Origin: Daphnia carinata
Taxonomy: Eukaryota
Direction: 5' to 3'
Length of the DNA: 64,000 nucleotides
NCBI RefSeq assembly: GCF_022539665.2
Contig: NC_081331.1
Span: 682,001 to 746,000, forward strand
The position numbers were made by a program, and so were the translations under genes. The notes below the pieces were generated by a model. It did no database searches, was not told the DNA's origin, and saw nothing but the letters and a program-made list of their open reading frames with translations. Positions 1-13,764 of this stretch are shown here, one piece after another (the stretch's first letter is position 1; every line of letters starts with the position of its first letter).

Positions 1-2947
1 TACGAACCGAGAAACGTATCAATCATCCGTACATGCAAACATCCTTAACATTTTAATTGATATACAAAATAAACACACCTTTTACAACCCACCTGTTCCT
101 TCTCGGCAAACGTTGGTTTGCATGAGCCATTCCTATTTTGACTGTTGAACTACCTTGGTAGACAAACTGAGTAGTTTTTTTATGATTTTGCCTAATGTTT
201 ACCCTGATTGTGTGCAGACGAAATACAGTTACAATCGTTCTGCATTTCAGTACTTTTGCATTTAATTGGGGATCCAGTTTGTTGTTACACACGATGTAGC
301 ATTGCCTTAAAAATATTGTCCTAATTCAGTTCTTGTTTGAATGCGGAGCTCGTCAAGTGTCAACGACACCACCTTTTAAGATTGGTTATCATGATGCAGC
401 TCGTCAACGTTTGATATGGACTTAACAATGATGGATTAACCAGCCTCTAATCCCGTCATCAGGTTTGGGACATGTTTATTACTCTTCCCCTTTTTTTTCT
501 CCTGCCTTTTTTGTTGTTGTACTCTTGGCTAACCAGTGAGAAGAAGGGTGGGGCTTCTGGTGTGACCTCGTTACGTATTGACTGTAAATAACGAGACGTG
601 ACGCACTAGTGAACAAATAATGCAGATGACTAATTTTATCAGTGAATTTCATATGGGCTTCATTCTACATTTTATTTTCGCACTGCTGGAGACACAGATT
701 AGGTATGCTGGGAGTGTAAGTCGTAATGCTACTTTGTTTTTGTTTTACATTCTATAACGAAATGAAGAGTTTTGCCGGAAGTGGTTAGTGTACACGGACA
801 TGAAACTTCTTTTCCCTTTCCCTCGCCACCCGTTGCCCTTCCTTTTTTTTGCTAGAAAGTGAAAGCCATCTAGTGGCCCTTGTGCGAACCGATGTCTGTA
901 TTTTAGGAGAAAAAGAGACCGACTGTCAAAAAAATGGCTTCGTGTAACGAAAGTCCCTGCTCTCACTCTACAGAATTTCCTGAAAGTAAGTTGAATTGAA
1001 TTTTGTTTTCATTGATAAACTTTCCCTTGCTATCAATTAAAGGAAAGTTTCCATTGCGGCCGTTTGAAACCAATATGAGTACGTTCAGCTCAAAATTTCA
1101 TGTTTAAGACTAACGGAAGGGAGGGTTCATACGTATCTGGGACCCACCCACACTTTTTTGTTACTACTAATTTGCTCTCACCTCAATTTGGGGTAAATTG
1201 ACACCTTTTCAGGCGAATCGTAATTTATATACGACAACCGTTTTTATCATCATGGAATCAGATGTCCATGGTATCCTAGTGCATCCTTGTTTCAGTTCAT
1301 TCAAACCTATCCGTTACCAGTCTCAAAACTCTTGCCTACTCCCACTTTCCTTCCAAAGAGATTTGCATCTCTGTTTACTGAGCCTGATCACGTGAAGGCA
1401 ATGTGCCTGCTACATGTGTGTGACCGTAATCCTCTCACCATTTGTCAACAGCAAGTAACCGAGATGGCACATCATCCCCAAATATTTATATCTATGGCAA
1501 CTGATGTGCTGTTTTGGAACTCTGTTTCACTCCCCTTGTGTATACTTGCTCAGCTGAAAAGCTGTGTTAACAGAGCAGTCACAGTCTGTAGGTTCTGTTG
1601 ACCAGATGTGGGTCAGTTCCTTCTGCAAAACACAACTGACTCATTTGTGTGCGTGGTCTCTTTTTGCGAAAATTTTTAGGTCGCGACCCACAGTCTATCT
1701 TCCCAATCTGCGTGTGAGTGAGTCTGTATTAGTGTCTCGTCATTCTAGCGAAAGCTATTGATTGACTGCTGTAATCACTTTTTAAAAAGTGTTTTGCCTG
1801 AGATATCGGCACCCGGTGAGTCACCAAATGGCTGCTACAGGATTTTTATCCGTCATGTCTTGCATCGAAGAAGATTCCATTCTTTCCCTTTCTTGTTTTT
1901 TCTTTTTTTTTGTGTGTCAGTGCAAAGACCATCCATCAGCAGGTTCTTTTTTGGCACAGTCAGGGATCGTAGTGTAGAAGAAGGGCAGGGACAGTCACCG
2001 TTACTTTAGTTTGGCCATGACGTCATACAGCCATACGATGGCCGTTGCTATAGAGTCCCATTGAAAATGGGCGAGTTGTTGGTGTTAGAATCTCGCCCTC
2101 TCATTGGAACCTGTTAGCACATTTCCACTTGAATCCTGGCGGTTGTCCAAGAAAACTCGATTAGATTGCGATGCGGGGGGATGCAGATAGAAAGGTAAAA
2201 ATAAAAAATAAAGTTTTATTTCAGGTTGTTGTGGTCAACTAAAGGCATGTGTGTAGCGTGTGGTTGAAATTCACAAGACGACGTTAGAATGAAAATCGAA
2301 AAAAAAAAAGGGAGCCAGAAAAAGAAAAATATCAAAGTACGGGTTTCATTGCCACCGCCTCCATTGCCAAAGGCTGCCCGTGCGGCTGGGAAAACGTCAG
2401 AACAGCTTGGGGAGCTCCGACCAAGTGCTGTTGCTATTGCCCCGTGTGTTTTTTTTTTTTCTTTTTTCTCGAGTCGTCTGATCCGCAGTTGGTTCGGCGA
2501 TTTCATTCCAAGTGGACGTGCTTTTTTTACCCTCCTCTCAGACACCATCCACGAGTCATCGATTGTTTTTTGTTTTGTTTTTTTTTACTGACCCGACAAG
2601 CAACAACAAAAATCCTGATAACTAACAGGATTTGTTGCGTGGGGAGGTTGGTTAAAACGCACTTTGATGGGTTGTTATTTGTGTTGAAGAAAAGGGTGTT
2701 TGAAAAAAAAGGGGGGGATCCGCCCATCTCGAGTGTCTCCGTACCAAGTTTAGCTCTCGCCGTAACAACATACACGGTAGGGTTGAAGAAACCTGAACTG
2801 GATAGGATTACGCACTCTGAACGCAGTTCGTGCTGCCTTTTTTTTTTAAATCGAGTAACTGTCACCTTCCATTTGTCCACCCCCAATCGAACAGAAACAA
2901 AAAGGGGTGACGTATATTTGAGACCAAAGAAAACCACAAAAAAAAAA

Positions 2948-5900
2948 ATGAGCGTCGGCGTAGGAATGGGAATAGGACGGGGTCATGTGACACTAGGTCA
3001 CAATGTGAACCTCATCAGTAGCAAGACAACCAGTTCTGCTAGCGATCGAAACGATGGCCTGGATGGCATCATTGAACATGACCAAATCAGTCCCACCTGG
3101 TCTGTGCAGTGTTGGGACACGTTGGGCGATCAAGTGGATCATTTGATCCTGTTGCCCGAGCGCGCTCTAACGATGGATTCGGGTTGGTTGCAAGCGGATT
3201 TGGCCGAGATTCTGGCTCACTCGGTCATAGGTCACGGCAGGGGAGACAGTAGAGACTATTCCCTGACCCCCTTCTTGTCCCACCCACACGACCGGTCCTC
3301 ATTGTCTCATGACGCCAACGATAGTTGGCTAGCGCACAGCAGGAGACGCTCTTTAGACTGGAGCTCGGTCAATCCTTCAAGCCAACCACAATCTCCTTTT
3401 GTTGCTATAGCCACATCACCCGACCGTAAGTTTCTTGCCTTTTTTTTTTTTTTTTTTTTAAAAACACTTTTTTTCTTACCTTCGAAAAAGTACATTATAT
3501 GTGAAAAGTGTATCGTATATAACAAAAGAGACCCGGGATATCTGACATATTTTCCACGGGAGTTCGTAACGGAATTTTCATTCGAAGGCGCATTTTTTTT
3601 CTTATCCTCGGCCTTTTTTTTATTTTATATTGTTGATGGTAACAAAAAAAAAAAAGGGGCCATGTCCTCTTGTTGCTTGATGATTCTTAACACCCAACAA
3701 CAAGGCAAAGGGGATGGAGGGAAAGGTTAAAGGATACTTGCTATTAGTTATCCACTAACTCACAAAAAGCTTAACGCTGTGAGGATCGATAGTGACAAGC
3801 GACTCAGGAATGTCTATATCCCTCGATTTTTTTTTAAAGCCCAAAATAAAATTCGAGCTCTTTCGGTCTCGCCCTTCGTTTCCCCTCACGGAGAACCCGT
3901 AAGAATGTTAAGCGAAAAGGCTATCAAAGTTTAGAACGACGTTTTTATCGAGAAGCCAATTAAACTTTGGAATTTACCGTCGCTATCCCCCCTTTACTTT
4001 TAGATTAAAGGAGTTTCCGATCGCTTTCCTTTCACTATTTTTCCCTATTTGAAAGGAAATGTTTGTCGTATTTTAACGAGCGGAAACGAAAAATTTCTCT
4101 TCGTTTGAATTTGTCTTATTAATTTATCTTTTTTTTTTTCCGATATAAAATGCGCGTGGACAGAAAATAGAAAACGAGTTCGCGTGTCCTTCGACTTTGC
4201 CTGTTGGCTCTTTTACCTGTAATATGGTTCAATTTCGTAATTCTTTTCAACATTTTTTTTTTGCAACAAAATTAAAGTTCATTCCCCTCACCTGTTTTTT
4301 TTTTTAATCCGGCGATTGGGATTTAAAGTTTACAACGCTTCATTGCGGTCCGTTCCAAAGAAAAGGGAAAGGTAACAGTCCGTTGAATAGCCGATGATTG
4401 GCTCTCGCTTTTTTTTCCTTTCCCGCTGGTTTCGTGTGTGTGTGGCTAAGTGTCGAAGAGACAAGGGAGAAAGAGAGAGGTGTGTATGTGTGCAACTATC
4501 CGAGCGTGTACTTACTGTCCAGTACATTGCACCCTGGGCTCGCACTGTGGGCTCCGCGCGTGTGTTTTGGTCGTCTGTACGACTTTGGAGGGCCCCTCGT
4601 CTTCATTCCCGAAATTGATGGTCAATTGCATGTGAACTGAAAAAGATAGCAAGCGTCGTACGCAATGATCCTCTTTCATCCGAGACGCAGCTCAGACTCG
4701 TCGAGACCCCCGATTCGCCACACAACTGACGATTATTTCAATCAGCCACGATTACGAGGAAATGCGCGTGTGCTGGTTCTTTTTTTCGTCTGATTTCACG
4801 CTCCAAGACTTAATTGAAAAAAGCCGGGCCGTTATCTCCCCGTGGATAGTGTCCATGTGTAGAAATAGCTGAAGGGCTTTTTTTTTTTTTTTTTTTTTTT
4901 TTCAATATCCCATCACAATTTGTTTAATTTCTTCAGAGAATTGAATGAAAGTTACAAAAAGGAAAAAGGCAATTGAAAGAAGAAGAAAAAAAAAAGGGAC
5001 GTCTGTTGCGTTGTCCGTGACGTATGCATTGACCAACGAATTGTCATTAAGGGAAAGGGAAATGTACACATACAAATGTTCTTTAAAAAAAAAAGAAAAA
5101 TGGTAACAACGAGACAGTAATAACAACAACAACAACAATCTACGCGGTGCAAACTAATTGGTGTGTGAGCGCACCGGGAGTGTATTGTTTGAGCGATGGC
5201 GTTTCTCGTGCAGTTGTAGTTGCGTTGCGTAATGCGTGTATACGGATGTGTAGCCGCACACTCACGGGGCGGTGGCGGCTTCCTCACATCCACCCGGCCA
5301 TTGCGGAAGTGGCTTCTTTTTTTTCTTTCTATGTGTAGAGGACTTAAGGTTGTGGGCTGCAACTCGTCGGCCCGTGACATCCAATTGATGGCCATGTACC
5401 GTGCACGCCTATTTCCTTTTTGCTGTCCGAGACGGACGGGAAATTTCATCTAAGATGAGCACCATCTTTTGTTTTCTTCTTTTGTTCGTCCTTGTGTGGT
5501 CACGCGAGAATTAGTTTACCTCCTCTTCGCACTCTCGTTTCATCTCTTTTTGGAAATCACGTTAAAGAAAAAAAAAAAATGGACACGGGGCTTCTCGTGA
5601 AGCCGACGTGATGTTTCGATGTTTTCGTGTTGTGCTCCCGTCAATTCAACGATATCAAAAACGTTGAAATTGACCTGCTTGTTTATCCTTTGCGCGTATG
5701 TAAATCCGTTAGATGTGTCATCACATCATCCGGTTCTTCCATCGTGACTGGACTTTTTTTTTTTTTTCTTTCACGAAGCCCCAAACCAAAAATAGGAGTG
5801 CAAGCGAGTTTGATAGTGTCGCTTTAGTTTCTCCGAGGGCGTCCACGACATTCTTTTTACGACATGTCGCGTTATGACCGGAAGAATCGTATCTTTGTCA

Positions 5901-8900
5901 CCGTTGCGTCATGATTCCCTTTTTATTAGAACGAAGAAGCAAAGAAAACAGGTGCATTTGCTTAGGGTGCTGCATTTGCTGGATAGTCTGTTTGATAAAA
6001 AAAAAAATTCCAAAAAAGAAACAAAAAAAAAAATTCCAGTTTGAGAATGAAATTCAAAACAAAAACCGGTCCGATCCCGTCTGGTCCGGCCTTATTTTTT
6101 CTTGTTAAAAAAGCTTTTTTGAGTTGAGTGTACAGTTATGTATTTTTTTTTTTTTTTTTTTTGTCGTTCATAGCGTGAACAACGAGAAGGGTGGGTAGTT
6201 GTTTTCTCCTCCCCTTCGTCCTTATTTTGCGGTGACGTATTGGTCACGAGGGGCTTTTTGCTCTGTTGAACACGTGGCCGTGTGTCCACTCAATTGGAAT
6301 GTAGTCCTACCTACCTTCCCCCCTCTCTCCTTCTATTGTTTGTACATCTATCTCTTGTATCTCTATGTTTTTGTGTTATGTGGAAGGCGCTGAGAGAAAC
6401 GGATCCAGATCGCTGATTCTGCATGTGTGTGTGTGTGTGTGGCTCCTTTTTTTTTTTTTTTGTTATCTTCTCTTTTGCCTTACTTTTCTCAGTTCGTCGA
6501 ACTTCATGTTTCGATTATGTAGCAGGGCAGGAGAGCTGTTCAGCAACAGCCGCAGCAGCAGCAGCAGCGTCGGCCATCCAGCGGGAGGAGCGGTCCAAAG
6601 TGTTGAGAGAGCGGCAGAACGAGGAGCGCCAGCGCAAGTTGGAGGAGCTGAAACAACAAGTAAAAACAATAACTGTTTGACTCTTCTCCTTTCAAAAGTT
6701 TTTTTTTTTTTTTTATTATTATCGTGTGCCCATTGTTTTTTCATCTACCCGGCCATCTTGAATGCGGATTTCTCTCAGTGTTTGTGTGTGTCATTTCATT
6801 TGAATATATATATTTGCGTAAAAAACAATAGGCGTTGGCGACACAAAAGTTTCGCGAACAACAAGAAGAGGAGCGCCGCCGACGAATGGAGGAGCAGCGC
6901 CTGCGCGACCTGGAGCGCCGCACCCAGGTCGAAGAGCGCAAGAAAGCCATCCTGGAAGCGGAACGCGAACGGCGGGAGGCCATGCTGCGGCGCAGCGAAG
7001 ATCGCGGCATCCGGCAGGAGTTGAAGAGACGCAACGAACGCGGATCCATCGCCTTTGCTTTCGGCAGTTCCACGCCCAGGATGCTGGAACCTGTCGACAG
7101 CTGCTCAAGTTATTGGGGTTCCAGAAGGTCAGATAAGATAAACAAGCACCATCATTTATTATTATTATTTTTTTTTTTTTTTTCAATCTATTTGAAATGT
7201 TTTGAATTTTCTTATTTTTAATATTTTGTGCAATTTGAAACGAATCAAAAAAAAAAAAAAAAAAATATGACACAGGGCCACGTCAACCACCAATGTCATG
7301 TCTGCCTCCAGTCATGGACGCGTCATGTTGAATGAGACAACCACGCCCAACGGCGGTGGCAACAACAACAAACTCCGGGCCTCTTCAGTCTTTGGACTCG
7401 ATCAGAATCAAGGTAAGAAATATGTTTTGGTTTCTTGTTTTTTTTTTTTTTTTTTTTTTTCTCGTATAAGGAGTTATTATTATTATTGTTATTATTTTCA
7501 ATTGGTTTTATTTTGCGGGGGTTTTGTTTGTTTTTTCTTTCGCCAATTTTCTTATTTTTTTTTTTCTGCACACCCACATTTTATCGCCGTCGTTTTGATT
7601 CGGTTGAGGCTTTTGTACATTTTTTTCCCCCCAACAATTTTGACAACGGTTTCAAAATCGCCCATCTTTATTTTGTATTTTTCTGTACACTTGAAACACG
7701 CGCATTGATGATGACGCCATGTCCGCCAACGTGAAATTTTTGAACACAAAAAAAAACTGAATTAAAAAGATGACGAAAGCGACGGCAAGCGAATGAGTCA
7801 AGAAGTTGAATGGGCAAATAGCCGTCGAGCGTCAGAAGCGATGACGTCGTCTTCGGTGAGAGGGACTAGCGTTGGCGACACGATTTCGGCTCTTGGCCAA
7901 CAATGCCAGCCCGCCGAGGTCTACCACCCGTCGATCCACCGCCACAACAATAGGTGGTCGGCTGGGCGACCTCATACGAGCTCACTCTTTGGTGCTGGAT
8001 GTTTCTTTTTAGGTGAGGCTTTTCAGCTTCCTTTTGTTTCAAATCCGCTGGTGCACGACCGTTGACATGAGTGATCGTCCCCCGATCGGATAAAAAAAAA
8101 CAAAAACAAATGAAGGATTAATATGGAATGCCCTTATTTTTGCAAAAAAAAAAAGAAGAGATCCGCTCTAATGCATCCCTGCATGGCCATTTGGCAATCG
8201 ATACGATGCCTTTCTCAATAATTATTCGCTTTTTTTTTTTTTTACGTTTCTCCTTGTGCTTTTGTCTCATTACCGTTTATGTTTTGTTTTTCTTAATCGT
8301 CTGTTTGTCACACACGACTCACGGTCTGGTGCGTCCTTTTTGTTTTGACGTTGGGGGGGGGGGGGGAGGGGCATTGGCTCACGCCCAATCGCAATTAACC
8401 AATGCAAATGAGTCCGTTTTTATCGTCGTTGCATGTTTGTTTGTTTTTTTGTGTGTGTACGTGTTTCGATTTTGAATTGGGTTACTTATTGTTTAATTTG
8501 TTGTTGTAAAACGTGGTGAATATGTTTTTGTTGGTGATTATCAGGCGACGACTTGATGACTCAGTCGACGTCGGCCGTGCAAGGTGGGCGGAGGAAGCGG
8601 ACGGATTTGATTCCGACGATTCCCGTCCACCGGGGCGAAGGCGACCGGTCGCCGCGCTCTCCGCTCTACGCTTCCTCATCAGGCGCTTCGTCCAGCCGGG
8701 GATCCGTCAGCCGCTCAACAGGTATGTCGGTCTCACTGTCGCGACTGGACCAACTGTCGCAACCGCGCCGTCGACTTTCGCAAAATCAATTGCCCTCGCC
8801 CTCCACCGCCCCCCTCCAGCCTTTGCACGAAACAGAAACCCCCCAACATGCCACTATACAGTCAGTCTCTTCTAACAAACCGGCCCACACCGCTACCCGG

Positions 8901-9536
8901 TCGTCTCGACCCGCAACCCGAACGTCAGCGACACCCGCCCCGTCGTCTTCTGCAGGAACGATTGCAGCACGCGGCAATCGCAGCATGTCTAAAAGCATGT
9001 CTCATTTGGCTCCTGGCCGTCCTTCTCCTTGCAAAGAAAGCGCTTCGTCCGCAACCGACAGATCGACGACACCTCGTAACGGTGCGACGACAACAACAAC
9101 GACACGAGCTGAACGATTGCGCCAAAAAGCGCGACAGCACGCGCCGTCGCAACGACCTCATCATGGTATGGGTTAACAAATTGTTGTGTCGAAAAAAGAC
9201 AAACCACCGACTTCAACGAAAGACAACGTGAAAGATGACGATCGCTCGTGGCGGCCTATTGCTGAAATTTTTCGCTTTTGGGTGTTTTTTTTTTCTCTTC
9301 GCTTTCTGCTCAAAACTTCTTTCACAACACCTGCGCTATTTTATCCTTTTCCTCGAGAAATTGTGTCTTGGTCGCACAACCGCTCACGTCCGATGGCTTT
9401 TTTCGTGTTTTTTTTTTTTTTTTATACCACAAAATTGGATATCGGCCTTGTACGGCATTGAGAGCGTCGGCAACCCGGAAAGGGAGTAGAAGTGGAATAA
9501 TTGAGGCGTTTCTCTTTTTGAAGAGGAAAATTTTGG

Positions 9537-9568
<32 letters not shown>

Positions 9569-12500
9569 CTATTTTCCGATAATTAAGTAAAATAATAATA
9601 ATAATAATAATTTTTGGGATCGAAGAAGGGATCATTTTTTAAGTAGTGGGTCGTTTGACTTTTATCTTGATATTCAAAACCGGTATTTAAACTGCTTCTC
9701 TTTTTTTTTCCCGAACGAAAATTGGGGCGTGACAGCAGTTGGCACATAAAAAAAAAAAAAAATGGGGTAAGTTATCCGCGATTTTGCGGACTGAATAGCA
9801 TCACGACGGTTCTCTAAAAAAAAAAAAAACATTTCAAAATAAAGAAGGGTGGAAAAATACATTTTTTCGTGTCTGGAATAACATCTGGCACGTCTTTTTA
9901 TGTCGGTTCGGGAAAAAAAAAAAAAAAAAATAACAGAGCGCCCAATCCGATTTGCTTGTGGAAGATGATGGCGTGACGTCGGATAGAAAACAAGCAACGA
10001 TCTTTCCACGCGATGAAAGAAACCGCAACATGGGACGGGGCCCCCGTTTTCAAAAATTTATATTTTGTTTTTTAAACTTGTTTTTGTTTTTGTTTTTGTC
10101 GGTGGTGGTAATTTAGCTTTCATCTCGTTTCAACCTCATTCACCGTGAAGTCTTTTAACCGCCTCACGCTGTTTGTTGCTTATGTTACATCCGTCCTCTC
10201 CATCTCTCTCTGGCCCTCCTTCCACAATCGGAAACTGCTTCAGTTTTGTCTTATGCCTTCAACAGGAACTGTCGACCTCCTTTTTCTTGGCTTTTTTTTT
10301 TTTTTTTTTTTATGACCACGAAAGAACTTTTTTGATTGCCGACTCCCATTTCCTTTTTGAATTTTTTTTTTTTATATCTATTTGGAATTTTTTTTTTTTT
10401 TCTGCATTTTCTTTTTACGATCGGAAATGGGGAAAAACAAAAGGTCTACGGAGTGGAGATATAACACCATCCTCGCCGACGAGGCCTCTGAGTGCCTTGA
10501 GTCAAGTCAGCAGCGTCAGTACCACAGTGGCCAGCAGTACGGCCAGCGTCAGTGGACACGTCCGAGCACGTACCGCTCCTGCCGGAGGCAGAAAGTAAAT
10601 GAGTTTTTCTTTTTTTCTTTTTTTTTCTTTTTTTTTCCACGACCTCTTTCTCTCCATCCCCCTTTTTTTATTTTTCATTGCGTGATGGAAAAGAAAAGAA
10701 AAAAAAAAAAAGACGGTCGTGATCATTGAACCTTTCGTGTGATAGACGTATCTAATGATAATAATAATAATAATATTCAATCTAGACCACGTCCAGTGAG
10801 CATAGCCGGAACGGGCATGTCGCTCAGCGAGGCGGCTCGGGCTTCTCGGGCATCGCGAGAAAACATTAGCCGCGAGCGGAGTAAAGAAATCAAGGAGAAA
10901 GAAAACGAGAGAACTAGACAGACACAGCCGACACATGCGACGCCACGTCCGGCCAGAGCGCGAAGCGCCGACATGCGTAAAGACAACAATAACGCGACCC
11001 AGCAAGCCAACAAGAGTCCCGAAGGCAGCGCTCCGTCGCAACAGCAGCCGAGCAACGCCAAACGGCCAAGCCGAGAGGCCAGAAGTGGCACGTCTTCGGC
11101 GGCCAAAGATGCGAAAACGCCCGCCAAGGCTTCGACCGAGTCCGCTAAAAGCGCCAAAGGAGCCAAGACGGACGACGTGGCGAGCAAGTCCAACAAATCG
11201 GCCGCCCCTACATCGAAGAAGGCAGAGGATGAGGCGGTCAAAGCGGAACTGTTGCACGTGCCACAGGTGCAAGTCGCCGTTCCGGAAGTCGATGTTCAAT
11301 CAGAGTCGAAAGAGGCCGACGTCAAAGTGGATGAAAGCGACAGTTGCGCAACCGTTGATGTCTTACCCGCAGTCGTTGCCGAACCCGATTTAGTTTCGAT
11401 GACGGAGTCCGTCGATTCGCGGGAAGTTGAAATTCCGGAAATGAACAACGACGTCGTCGTCGTCGTACCCACATCGGAAATGTCGCATAATGAAGGGCAG
11501 GTATCGGCCGATTCACTTCCGTCCGGGGCGACTACGCCATCGGAGACGGGCTCGATTTCGAGCGATTCAATGCCGTCGTCGTTGCAATCGTTGCAATCGC
11601 GTAAGATCATCTCTTCCGAGGAGGAAGCCAGAGCGGCTCTTGCCGAGAAACGTCGTCTGGCCCGCGAACAGATGGAGCGCGAAGCCGAACGAGAGCGCCT
11701 TAGAGCTGAAGAGGAACGCCGCCTTGAAGAGGAGCGACAGAGGCAAGAGGAACTCGAACAGAAATTGGCCGAGGAAGAGATGGACAGACTGGCGCTGGAA
11801 GCCCGTAAAGCTGAAGAGGAACGCCTTCAAAAGTATACATTTATATAAATATCAATCTTATGATTTTTTCGTATACGGCTTCAATTTGAAATGTTAAATT
11901 ATCCTTTTTTTTTTTTTTTTTTTTTAGAGCTATCGAGGAAACCCAGCGCCGCGAAGAAGAAGAGCGCCTCCGCCGGGAGGAGGAAGCTCGCCAGCGCATC
12001 GAGAAGGAACAACAGGATCGCAAGGCCCGCGAGGAAGCGGAGAAGCTGCGCAAGGAGAACGAGGAGCGCTTGCGTCGCGAGGAGGAAGAGCGACAAGAGA
12101 GGCGGAAGCGGGTGGAAGCCATCATGGCGCGGACGCGCGGCAAGAGCAGCGGCCCACCGTCGGGCAACAACAAGAGTGGCAACGAGCTCAATAACGCGGT
12201 GAGCGGCGGGCAGTCAACTAGCGACGTGACCAACGTGGGCGGCATCAGCAACAGCATCAGCCAACCTGATTTGCTGGGCGACATTGTAAATAAAACAAGC
12301 AACGGCTCAAACGGCGACGACAGCAACAGACAGTCGTCCTTGTCGGCAGACGACGATTCGCTGATGGACGACGACACGACGAAGAAGAACAACGGCTTCC
12401 ATCACCATCACAAGAATATCGACGCCACCGACTTCACCCCTTCCCTAGCCAGCACGACCAGTGATTTACCCGACATCTCGAACGTCACCGCCAACGCTGA

Positions 12501-12570
12501 CAGCGTCAACTCGAATGCCAGTACCAACAACATAACCGCCGAAGTCGAGCACGTCGAATTTTTAGCTTGA
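2948..12570 (+). CDS. MAP7: Ensconsin / MAP7-domain microtubule-associated protein (multi-exon)
   Basis: Phase-consistent GT-AG exons: 2948-3425 (putative first exon, less certain), 6523-6660, 6832-~7128, 7277-7412, optional 7770-8012, 8545-9165, 10444-10594, 10786-11832, 11928-12570. N-terminal ER/K coiled coil (QKFREQQEEERRRR..FAFGSSTPRMLEP), central RRKRTDLIPTIP / SRLDQL / SKSMSHLA motifs, and a C-terminal MAP7 domain (EEEARAALAEKRRLAREQ...RKRVEAIMARTR). Confidence 0.9.
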
Positions 12571-13684
12571 AAAGTTTAGACTTTCGACTTATTTGTAATT
12601 TTCTTTTCTTTTTTTTTTTTTTTTTTTTTCGCTCTTTTCTTTTCTTTCCTTTCCTTTTTTTTTTCGTTTTTTTTTTTAAACGTCGTTTATCCATTTCTTA
12701 ATATCTTGGTAGACGAAGAATGAAAGAGAGAGGGGCTCAGCGCGCTGAGAGACGGATCAATCACGGCCATTGTTTTCCTTCATTTTTCTTTTAAAAGAAT
12801 TTATTTAAACGTGAAGAAAAATCAAATGTAGATGAACTGCTCTTCCTCGCTCTGAATAAGTCTCTCCATTTTGTTTTGTTTTTTTTGTTTTTCAATTGGT
12901 AACCAAAATCGATTTCTTTTTCTTTCTTTTTTTTATTGTATTCCAACACGTTTGGCCGCGGGCTTTATTAGCAAAAAGATTTGTTTTTGTCTTCGTGAGG
13001 AAAATTGTGTGCTGAAAAAGAAAAAAAAGAGTTGCAGCTGATTAACTATTTTCTTCTTTCCCCCCACTGCGATCGCGGTCGATTAGTTTTTAACTATTTT
13101 CATAAACATCTGCATGTCTATGTTCGGACGAGACTTTCATTTCCCCCTTTTTCTATCAAACTGCCTCTTTCTAGGATGTTTATAGCATTCTTGATTCAAT
13201 TCTTATATACTTTCGAAATGTATTTTTCGTCCCCTTTAGGTTTCCCTACGCTTTGTCCATGTTTCTCTTTGCCCCTTCATAGAAGAACCTATACCTTTCA
13301 ATGTGTAACAATGAAGGTGTGTCCGCCCGTTTTACCCCACTCCATCCCCTTTCTCGTGCGTGTTTTCGAGTGCGTATTTTTTTTTTTTTTTTTTTCATTT
13401 TTTTTTTGTCACCAGGATTGGAGAGTTTCGAAGTTGTGATGAAGGGAGAAGTGTCTTTAGAACTTTAAAAAGATAAAATAAAACAGGAAACGAGTTCCAA
13501 GAAATGAATTAATGTGTACAACCCCTTCACACTCGTTTTTCTCCGGCGTGTTGGAGTATAAGATGAATAAACTCTTGTAATCTCAACGTTTCGTGATGAG
13601 CATTAACTTCCTCTTCAGTATTTGATTAGTAGTTGGAGGAAAAAAATTGTTAAAATCAAAAAAAAAAAATATTTAAATAATATA

Positions 13685-13752
13685 AGGGCAAAGATTTGAA
13701 CCCGTGTAATAAGCATGGCAGGCGCGAACTGTACCACAGCTCCATACTTCAC
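13685..13752 (-). pseudogene. Degenerate tRNA-Gly(GCC)-like sequence
   Basis: Minus strand reads GTATGGAGCTGTGGTACAGTTCGCGCCTGCCATGC...CGGGTTCAAATC: A-box-like TGGAGCTGTGG, CTGCCAT anticodon-type loop, B-box-like GGTTCAAATC. Stems pair poorly. Confidence 0.45.
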
Positions 13753-13764
13753 TTACACCTCCTA

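Noticed and set aside
1150..2100. Homopolymer-poor segment with several short ORFs
   Set aside because: No recognisable domain or consistent exon chain; could be a decayed transposon fragment, but I cannot support a call.
2444..2947. N-terminal part of the 428-aa ORF
   Set aside because: Poly-F/poly-K translation of homopolymer runs; only 2948-3425 looks coding.
10502..12392. Long minus-strand ORFs (265, 154, 183 aa)
   Set aside because: Antisense shadows of GC-rich MAP7 exons.
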